Assembly: GCA_038212275.1 (NCBI GenBank)
Contig: JBBQUR010000006.1
Location: forward strand, 64,001 to 128,000
Direction of reading: 5' to 3'
Length of the DNA stretch: 64,000 bases
From: Planctomycetota bacterium
Lineage (GTDB): Bacteria; Planctomycetota; B15-G4
Shown here: positions 8,970 through 17,700 of the stretch, one piece after another
Position numbering within the stretch: the first letter of the stretch is position 1
How the letters are laid out: each line of letters starts with the position of its first letter
Translations under genes and position numbers: made by a program
The notes under the pieces: generated by a model
Told to the model about the DNA's origin: nothing
Database searches by the model: none
The model's input: only the letters and a program-made list of their open reading frames with translations

Positions 8970-9682
8970 CAGCCTCGGAACTCATCACAATCGACATAGG
9001 GAACTCGTCGATTGGCATCGGTCGACGGCTTGACGAAAGATGGATCGTTCAGCGCGTTCGCGAACCACGTGAAGCGGCCATGCTCATTCGAGGTGATTCC
9101 GTTGCAATCTCGGTAGCGCCGACCAGATTCGAGCAGCTCCGCAGGGAAGTCTCGGCGCTTGGCTATCCGCGGATTCGCGAACTTCAGCGCCCTCCGCCGC
9201 GATTGACATTTGCCTCGCCGGAACTTCTACTGACCGCCGGATCGGACAGGATCGCCAATGCTTTGGCTTTGCTTCCAGGGCCTGGAATTGCTGTCGATGC
9301 GGGAACCGCTGTGACGATCGATGTGGTCGATTCCGCGGGTGTCTACCGCGGTGGGTTCATCGCCGCGGGTCCTGGCGCTTCGTCGGCGGGGCTGGCGGCG
9401 ATCACCGCTCAACTGCCCTTCCTGACAGGAATGCCTGCAAAGTTGGTTCCCGGCGATAACACTGCCGATGCGCTTGGCGCAGGACTGTGGGGGGCAGCCA
9501 TTGGTGGCGTGGACCGATTGGTCGAGTGCGCGATACACTCGCTTTCGCCGGGATCCCCCGCGTGTGTCGTGGCTACTGGTGGATGGGGACGAGCATGGGC
9601 TGCTGAGAGTCGGCATTCCCGAATTCACGACGAGCCCAATCTCGTACACATCGGGATTGCGCGTTGGGCAGAGTGGATGTGA
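8966..9682 (+). CDS. coaX: type III pantothenate kinase
   Basis: IDIGNS, GSDRIAN, VDAGTAVTID, GGFIAAG, VATGG motifs. Confidence 0.9.
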   Translation: MTASELITIDIGNSSIGIGRRLDERWIVQRVREPREAAMLIRGDSVAISVAPTRFEQLRREVSALGYPRIRELQRPPPRLTFASPELLLTAGSDRIANALALLPGPGIAVDAGTAVTIDVVDSAGVYRGGFIAAGPGASSAGLAAITAQLPFLTGMPAKLVPGDNTADALGAGLWGAAIGGVDRLVECAIHSLSPGSPACVVATGGWGRAWAAESRHSRIHDEPNLVHIGIARWAEWM

Positions 9683-10653
9683 ATACCTGGCGAAGAGTAA
9701 CCGCAGAGGGCCTCTCCTCTGTCGCGATACTGGACGTGCGCGGTGACTTGCGAAGCCTCTGCATTCGGGATCCTCACGGGTGCAGGGTTGGCTGGCCATC
9801 CATCGGTGAGTTTCGACATTGCCTTCTTTGCAATTCACATCATGTCGTGGACGAGGTGCTCGTGCTGGGCACCGCGCGCGGAGCTGAACTTCATCTGCAT
9901 GGTGGGTTCGGTTCGGCAAGCGCGGCCGAGGCATGTCTGCGTGCAGCCAATTTCGTACGAGAGCAGGCGACCGATGAACCCGCACCTCGGAGTGCATGCC
10001 ACGCTTGGGCCCTCCTTTCGATCGAACACGGGCCCCTCGCGCGGCTCCACACCTTCATTGATCGCGGTGCTGCGTCGACTTGCAACGAAACGGCTCTGCC
10101 GGACCTACTTCAGCAGGATATTGCGAGTTGCCGTCAGCGAGAGGGCCTCGGCGAAAGACTGGCAGTCCCCCCCGTTGTAGCGATCGTCGGGAGGCCCAAC
10201 GCCGGAAAGAGCACGCTCTTCAACTCAATAGTCGGTAGCAAGCGCGCCCTCGTTGCCCCCGAAGCTGGGACGACTCGGGATGAAGTTCGAGGACTTGTGG
10301 AACTCGACGGAATTGCTGTGGAACTTGTCGACACGGCCGGAGCAGTTACCCCGATACCACTTCAGTCACGTGCGGATGTCGTCGTGCACCTCCTGACAGA
10401 ACCTGACGAACAGCAGCGGAAAGTCTTGCCACGTCAAACCATCATTCGAGCCATGGGACATGCCGATCAGTTTTGCGACCATGCCATGTTGGCGGTTTCG
10501 GGGCTCACCGGCATTGGCGTTCCGCAATTGCTGGGGAACATCTCGATGTCCTTGGGCCTGCAGCACCCTGAAGGAGCTGAACTGTGGGCGCCAGTTGGGG
10601 CGAAACTCCGGCGATGGCTCCGACCAGGGAAGTCTGCTGCTCCGCTACGCTAG
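9679..10653 (+). CDS. shortened MnmE/TrmE-like GTPase
   Basis: TrmE-N-like (VVDEVLV, ELHLHGG), G1 GRPNAGKS, G2 GTTRD, G3 DTAG; GTGA overlap with coaX. Confidence 0.75.
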   Translation: MNTWRRVTAEGLSSVAILDVRGDLRSLCIRDPHGCRVGWPSIGEFRHCLLCNSHHVVDEVLVLGTARGAELHLHGGFGSASAAEACLRAANFVREQATDEPAPRSACHAWALLSIEHGPLARLHTFIDRGAASTCNETALPDLLQQDIASCRQREGLGERLAVPPVVAIVGRPNAGKSTLFNSIVGSKRALVAPEAGTTRDEVRGLVELDGIAVELVDTAGAVTPIPLQSRADVVVHLLTEPDEQQRKVLPRQTIIRAMGHADQFCDHAMLAVSGLTGIGVPQLLGNISMSLGLQHPEGAELWAPVGAKLRRWLRPGKSAAPLR

Positions 10654-11007
10654 GGGGCAGGCCAGGGAGATACCCGGCATGAGCAGGATACTGCTGAGAC
10701 GAGCATCGCAAACCGAATCGATCGTCAGGTAGCCCAAGAGAGAATCGTCGGGTGCGAATGGGCTTGCAGAGAGTAGGCTGTTTGGCTCTCGTTTTGGCCC
10801 GTTGCCCCCGACCAAAGCCATCTAAAGGGCTTGCGCGAAATGAACACGCTGCGCGATCGTCACCGGACCCCGCAAGACGGGCACACAGTCTCAACAAGTG
10901 CTCCATGCTCGCGCAGGCGACTGCCGCATCCGACGGAATGCGGCACACATGTATCTGGATCCATATCGAAGGCGCGTAGCGTAGCCGTCGCCCGCAAGTA
11001 CCCGTTC

Positions 11008-14000
11008 ATGCTGTTGCTGACGATGATCCTAGTCGCGGCAGGCCTTGGCTGTGGTGGAGGAACGGGTGGAGGTGCTGGGCCAACGGATGGCGGACCGAGC
11101 GGCGGCAACGGCAGTCTGGACCCAAAGAAGGACTTTTTCCTCACTGCTGCGGCCTTCGCCAGGCCGATCTTCGATGTTGCAGGCAAGTTGATTGGAGTCG
11201 TCAACCCCGCGTCACTGTTCGAAGTCGACCCCATCACAAATGTACCACTACCGACTTTTCCAAAAGTCCTAGTTCCTGGAACGAGTCTTGGCAGTTTGGC
11301 TTCATTGAACTTCGAGCAAATCCTGGACCCGCTGACGCCGCAAGTTCCGCTGATTCCGCGCAACAGCGCACTGGTTCTGCAATTCACCCAGCCTATCAAG
11401 GTCGACTCACTCATGTTGAGCGATGCTGACGCGGCGGCACCGGACCAAATCACGTCAACAAGTACCGTACAGATTCGGCGACAGGACGGCTCAGTCGTCC
11501 CTTCACGTGCCTTTGTTGACGGATCCAAGCTTATCATTATCGGAAATGTCGGCGACTCAGTGGGATTCGAGGCGAGTCCGTTGGTATTCAATAGTTTCGG
11601 AAACGCTGTTGAGGACCCGAAGGGCTATTTTCAGCTTGTGCTTGGCGTCGGGTCAGGCAAACTGCTTTCCACGACGGGTTTGGCGCTGGTTCCTCGTGAG
11701 GACAAGCTTGGCTCCGTAGGATTGCCAATTCCTGTAAATCCAGGAAATTCAAGCCTCGACGCGATTGTACTTCAGACTGAAAGTGGAGTCGTTTCCTTCA
11801 ACGGATTTCTACCTGACCTGACAGCCCCTAGATTGATTCGTCCGGTTGCTCAAGATGGATTCATTGATATTGTCGGATTCGCGTCTGAGGCTGGCCAGCA
11901 GATTATTGAGATCACCGGTGCACCGCTCCTGCAGGCGCCAAACGTGCTCGCCAACGGTGGCTTGGGTGAGTGGGCGAGCGCCCGGATGGACATCACCGGA
12001 ATCGGCAACGCCGTCAGCTCATACGTAGTTCTCAGAAATTATGCGCAGGTGCTGCCTCCGAACAAGCCCGTGTTCCAACTCGCGCCAGGAAGCCTCCTGG
12101 ATCCATCGGTCGTGGTCGGAAGCAAATTCAAGCTAATCCGCTCGGAATTTTTTGAACCGATTCCGCCTCCATTGCCCAATGGCACATTGCAGCTCGCCAA
12201 AGTCACTGTTGACCCTATTAATCACCCGCGTGACCCGCTTGACCCGCAGGATTCATTCAACCACGACTTGCGCTATTTCGTTCGCATGTTCGACGAAGAT
12301 GGAATGGAGGAACTCGACCGATGGAACCCGGCGACTGGCCTCTTCCTCGCGGTATCGCCGAAGTCAGAGCTGCGATTGACGTTCAGCGAGCCCATGGACT
12401 TGTCATCATTTCGACCATACGAAAACTTCTTCGTGACGGACCTCGCTCAAGTCAAGAGCGCAACGGCATTCGAGGCTCAGCGTATCGGGCAACCGATCGC
12501 CAGCAGCGACAGCCGTTCAATATCATTCGTTCCTCTGCTCGAGAACCAGCAGGCTCCCGATACGGAAAGCTTCATCGGATTCGGCGGGACACCTTCCAGT
12601 CTGAAACTCGTCCTGCGAACGATTCCAGAGAAGTCGCAGATTGCGGCACTCAAGGCAAGTGCGTCCCCGGCTCAACTGGCGCTTCTGCAGGATCTCGAAA
12701 CCAAGGGCGTGCTTGGAATAAACGACCTCGGGGGAAGGGGGCTCGGCCTACCGCAAGCACTGCTCGATCAGGGCAATACCACGCAGTTTCTCCTTCAGTC
12801 TACTAGTGTGGGAGGTGGGCCCTTTCCACCTGCTGTTGATTTTCAAGTCGCATTCCAGACGATGCAGTCGAGCGACCCAGACTACGGCGCCGTCGTCCAC
12901 CGATTCATGGGGCAGGCTTCAACTGCGTCCTTCACATATCCGAATGGTTCGATCCACGATACGGTGACATCTGGTGTTGAGTATGCTGATCACCCTGCAA
13001 TTGACGCCAATGGCGACAGTGTCATTGACCAGCGATTCATCTACGGACCGCAGACTTTCGACATCGCGCTCAACCTCCCCGGAAAACTGGCTGGTGCAAG
13101 CGCGCAGACGATACAGCACCTGATCGATGATTTTAACAAGCCAAAGGTGTCCCCGTACTCATCTCCAAACGGAGAGGACACGCTCAAGAAGCTAGGATTC
13201 GGACTTAGTACGCCATTAAACTCGCCACTTGGCTGCCGCTTTCAGCATGTCTATCGAGCCGGTGATGCGTCGCCTTCGTATAATGATTTCAACGGCGTCA
13301 TCCTTGACCTCGTAGGTCTCGCATGGTCACCACTGAACAATACAGTCAGCAATACGGTAATAGACGACATTGAAATATTGGTCGGTCTAAGCGGCGCTGG
13401 AATGCTGCAAGGGCCTGGAATTACGACCGGTGGCGACGGCATCCCCGATTCTCCGCAGTCAGGGCTGATTCAGCAATTCGATTGCAATCTCCTCGAGTGG
13501 GCAGAAAATTGCTGCCTGCTATCATCCTTGCCCGAGTTCCCCGCGTCTCTGATAAAGTACATTGAATCGGAGCCAAAGCTTACCCCCGTTGTCGCGTCTG
13601 GAACCGCGTATCCGATCGTCGCGGGCTCGCTGTTCAAGCCCCAGAACGCCGGTGCTCCCGGTACATTCAACCTTTGGATGAATTATCCAACATTCAACTC
13701 TGGAACTGATCCAATTTTCGGCAAGACAACGACCAAGTCATTTCCCTACGACAGCCGATTTCCGATGCTCATCGAATATCGTATTGATCCCGCTAGCTCG
13801 GTGTATCCATCGACCAATAACTTCTACCGATTCTCGCCCGGACTGCTCTCGTCGGCACTGCCCCGCTTCCGAATCTGGAGTCAGGGGCAGGATCCCTTGG
13901 CTTACTCCGTTCCGAATTTCACACTAGGCTTATCAATGCCTGGTACAATTGCATGTACATTTAAAGCAGGTGAGGGGGGGCCGCTCTACGAACCGGGGAC

Positions 14001-14745
14001 ATTCACTTCCGACATCCTGCCTCCGACGCCCAACAACGGCATGCCCATAATAAAAGCTTCGGTATATCAACTGCCGCCCAAAGCAAATTGCGTCGAAGCG
14101 CAGTTGCCGAAACCAGACTTGGTGCTTGGCAAGATACCGGGGCCACCGGTAGTGCTTCCAATGTCCAACACCGACCCGAATACTAACTGGTACTACGCCG
14201 ACGGGCAGCTTGCATATCCACTCCCGAACAAAGGGTGTTTTCCCGGTCCAGCCAACCCCGGGCAGAAAACGGCAAATGTTGGCTATGGCATAGATGGCGT
14301 ATGCACCGCAGGAAGCCCGCTCAACGTGAACGAGCCGAACTATCAGTGCAATCCGGGTCAATACGGGGATAATTCTCGATATTTTATGCTTTGGCAGTAT
14401 CGAAAGCGTGTTTCGATCATCGAGTCACCGACCCTTATTGCCACGGCTCCAAGTGGCTTGGTTGAATACCGAGTGCCGATCATACAGCCGCCGCTCTCCA
14501 CAGTGGATCCAGCTGCAGGCTTGAATGTCGAAGTGCGTGCGGGTACCGAACTCGACTTCTCAATCCCAGTACTGGAGTCAGGCTACGTATCGGTTACCGA
14601 TCCGGAGTTTGTCAGCAAGGTATCCGGCGAGAACGTCGATCGGCAGTTCGTGAAGTTTCGAGCAAGTTTTGCAGTCGCACCCGGACAGTTTCAGCCTCCG
14701 TACATCGACACGATCATCATTCCTTATCGCAGGGTCGCCCCATGA
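11008..14745 (+). CDS. giant lipoprotein A with Ig-like (SbsA/Big_5-like) domains, function unknown; start uncertain (10981-11008)
   Basis: lipobox AGLGC followed by GGGTGGG; Ig-like motifs LVLQFTQPIKVDSL and LRLTFSEPMDLSSF; uninterrupted 3.7 kb ORF. Confidence 0.8.
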   Translation: MLLLTMILVAAGLGCGGGTGGGAGPTDGGPSGGNGSLDPKKDFFLTAAAFARPIFDVAGKLIGVVNPASLFEVDPITNVPLPTFPKVLVPGTSLGSLASLNFEQILDPLTPQVPLIPRNSALVLQFTQPIKVDSLMLSDADAAAPDQITSTSTVQIRRQDGSVVPSRAFVDGSKLIIIGNVGDSVGFEASPLVFNSFGNAVEDPKGYFQLVLGVGSGKLLSTTGLALVPREDKLGSVGLPIPVNPGNSSLDAIVLQTESGVVSFNGFLPDLTAPRLIRPVAQDGFIDIVGFASEAGQQIIEITGAPLLQAPNVLANGGLGEWASARMDITGIGNAVSSYVVLRNYAQVLPPNKPVFQLAPGSLLDPSVVVGSKFKLIRSEFFEPIPPPLPNGTLQLAKVTVDPINHPRDPLDPQDSFNHDLRYFVRMFDEDGMEELDRWNPATGLFLAVSPKSELRLTFSEPMDLSSFRPYENFFVTDLAQVKSATAFEAQRIGQPIASSDSRSISFVPLLENQQAPDTESFIGFGGTPSSLKLVLRTIPEKSQIAALKASASPAQLALLQDLETKGVLGINDLGGRGLGLPQALLDQGNTTQFLLQSTSVGGGPFPPAVDFQVAFQTMQSSDPDYGAVVHRFMGQASTASFTYPNGSIHDTVTSGVEYADHPAIDANGDSVIDQRFIYGPQTFDIALNLPGKLAGASAQTIQHLIDDFNKPKVSPYSSPNGEDTLKKLGFGLSTPLNSPLGCRFQHVYRAGDASPSYNDFNGVILDLVGLAWSPLNNTVSNTVIDDIEILVGLSGAGMLQGPGITTGGDGIPDSPQSGLIQQFDCNLLEWAENCCLLSSLPEFPASLIKYIESEPKLTPVVASGTAYPIVAGSLFKPQNAGAPGTFNLWMNYPTFNSGTDPIFGKTTTKSFPYDSRFPMLIEYRIDPASSVYPSTNNFYRFSPGLLSSALPRFRIWSQGQDPLAYSVPNFTLGLSMPGTIACTFKAGEGGPLYEPGTFTSDILPPTPNNGMPIIKASVYQLPPKANCVEAQLPKPDLVLGKIPGPPVVLPMSNTDPNTNWYYADGQLAYPLPNKGCFPGPANPGQKTANVGYGIDGVCTAGSPLNVNEPNYQCNPGQYGDNSRYFMLWQYRKRVSIIESPTLIATAPSGLVEYRVPIIQPPLSTVDPAAGLNVEVRAGTELDFSIPVLESGYVSVTDPEFVSKVSGENVDRQFVKFRASFAVAPGQFQPPYIDTIIIPYRRVAP

Positions 14746-17700
14746 TCTTTTCGCCTCACAAAAGCGTGCACGGTCATGTTCTGGTCTCCGCCATCATGGT
14801 TGTCGCCTTGCTCGCGGGATGCGGTGGCGGAGGGGGTAGTGGAACGACCGTCGATCCGCCGTCGGCGAGCAAGGTTGCATTTACAGGCTTCAGTTTCAGA
14901 ATAGGATCGAAGGCTGCGAGTAGCGTGCCGCCCTTCGAGAATACGACGGCTGTACCGCCCTCGCTCGGCGCACCGTTGGATGTGACTATAATTTTCGAAT
15001 TCACCGGAGCGCCCCAGGGCCCTTTCACCCAGGCAAACCTTCCGGTCTATACAACAAGCGCCGAAGTGAATCCATCAGCGTTTCCACCGCTGGGGCAAAC
15101 GGTGATCGCAGCGAAGGGAAAATACGTCGCCGTTGGTTCGACTGTCGAGTTTAGGCCCTTTGTTCCAACACAACCGTTACAGGTGAAACTCAGTGCTCCG
15201 GCCGCTGCGGTACCAGGATTGTTGCCAGCCTCCGTCTACACAGCACAGGTCTCGTCGACCAATGGGGAGAAATTGACAAACCTGCTGGGTGCTGGGGGCA
15301 CTGTCAAGTTCGGAACAACTTCAAACCCCGCAGCCTATTACGCAGTGGGATCGGGTGATGGCAAGGCACCATCATTGCTCGCATCCCTCCCCGTTGACGG
15401 CACGACGGGTTTCTATCCGGGTGTCTTCTCTAACTACGCACCAGGTTCGTCCATCGCTAGCTTTCCGGATGGCCCAAAGTCGATCACCCTCAGCTACGAT
15501 CGCGCAGTCCTGCCGACGGTTGAAAACCTGAACGGCAAGGATTGGGACGGGGACGGGATCACGGATCCGTCGTTCTTTCTTCGAACAAGGGCGACCAGCC
15601 TGCTGGTTGGTGCCATGATTCCAGCGTTCTCCTCCATTGGTAATACTCTAGCATTCCCATCGATTTCCGGACTTTCGCCGGGAAGTTCCGTGGCAGTGGA
15701 TGGATCGGACATTGTCCTACACAATAGCAAGGGATCGGGGGCACTCGCTGGTGCCAACCCTGCGCTCATCGCGCTCCCAGGAAGCCTCGCCACTGGCTCC
15801 GACCCGTCCCTGCTATGGGTAATTCTTAAGGTTGGCGATGGAAATGACAAACTCACAGTGGTTGATCAGATTCTCGGCGATGCCTCGTATTGCCAGATCA
15901 GCTCTGACGCGGCGATCGATACAGGGCTGGACGACGTGGTGGGACTCACAACGCTTCAAAGTGGTCGCCTCATAGCATTCGACAGGACGACACGTCGTAT
16001 TTATGAACTTCTGGCGAACGTCACTAGGCATCGGCCTGCCGGAGAGCCGGAGTTGGCTAGCCCAACAGGGGACGGAATGGCTAGTTTTGGATTCATCAGT
16101 GAACCGTTTCCGAATGGCGTCGACATTTTGGACCTAGCTCAGACTCCGTCGGGATCAGTGCTCGCGCTCGCGGAAAACGGCAGCGCGTTTCCCGTCATCC
16201 TGCACCTTCTGCCAATCGATCCGGACCTGAATGGTGAATTTCTTCCGACAGATGGCAACGTTGACAATTCGATTCCGGCAATACTCCTTGGCGCAGCTTA
16301 CGCATCAATCGAGTGTACTTCTGATTCAGAATTCTTTGCACTGAACCGCTCGAGTGATTCGATTGATGTGCTTTCTGCGACTGGAAGCAAGCTTCTTACG
16401 GTAGTGAATGGCGTCGCCGCGTACGGTATAAATCTTGCGTCGCTTCCCGACGGTCTATCGCCCGCGTGTTCGCTCGCGATTGGATTCATGGAAATGGACG
16501 CTGGTGTAACAGTGCAGACCAATGGATCGACCGGGGCAATTCTTGAAATAGTCCCAAAGGGAATACTGCCAATTGGTGCCGACGTGTCAGTGATGCAGCG
16601 AAATAGCTTCTCGGCCCTCAACGGTGTAAGCGCCGCGAACGAAGATCCTTCCCACCCGGTGTCAGTACTTGGCTCGACGCGACTGCTGACCGTCTCGACT
16701 TCCGCTCCGAGTTCGACAGTGGGTGCGTGTACGCTTCCCGACCCAGACAGCCGAGTGAACGATGTATACCAAGAGGAGTTCCTCGATTCTAAGTACGAGG
16801 ACACTTCCCCTCCAACGCTCTCGCCTCAGGCCGATTGGGCGAAGCTTATTACTGGTTCAACTCCGAGTGGTAGCCTTCGCGCTTTAGCGGGAGCGTCAGA
16901 CCAAAGTTCGTTGGGCGACTTTCAGCCCGCTCCGTTTTCTGATTTCGATCCCAGTTTGGCATACCCGATTGGCAGTGCCACGCTGGCACATTTTGCATAT
17001 GTGTTTCTCGATACCGATGCGCAGGCGTTTCCGCTGCCGAATGGCGCGACGCCTGGTGTTACTACAAGCGCTACCATCGGCGGCGGAAAGTTCACATTCC
17101 GAGACTTCATTATTCCGGAGGGCGTGTGGGTCGTGGCGCGGGGCAGCAATCCGCTCCAAATCACGGCCACCGGGATGGTCGAAATTCGTGGTGTGCTGGA
17201 CGTATCAGGCACAAATGGCATCGGAGATGAGACGTTTGATTCCGGATATATCCCAGTTCCCGGGGGCGCCGGTGGGCCCGGCGGCGGACGTGGGGGGAAC
17301 GGTCACCCCACACTTTTTGACCCCAATGGTCCTGGAACGCTCAACCAGTACGTGACACCGGAGACTGGCGAGCGAGGCCTTGGGCCCGTCATTGGTACCG
17401 GTGGCGGGGTAGTGATGGCGTCGGTTGGTGGACATGGCGGCCGTTCGACGCTTGGGGCGGATTTTAGCGCCCCCGGTGGATATCCAGTAGTCGGCAATAC
17501 GACGAACAACTCAGAGTTCACTCGGCCTCCCGGAGGCGGTGGAGGAACCTTCTATTTCCACGGGATGTATGCACATTCGGGAACAGGTGGATATGTGGTG
17601 CAGAGCAACTCCACGTGGTTCCCGTTCTCCCTGTGTCCAATCAACGACAAGATTCGCGACGCACTCTATGGAAATGACGAGAATCGAGCGCAGGGGCTGC

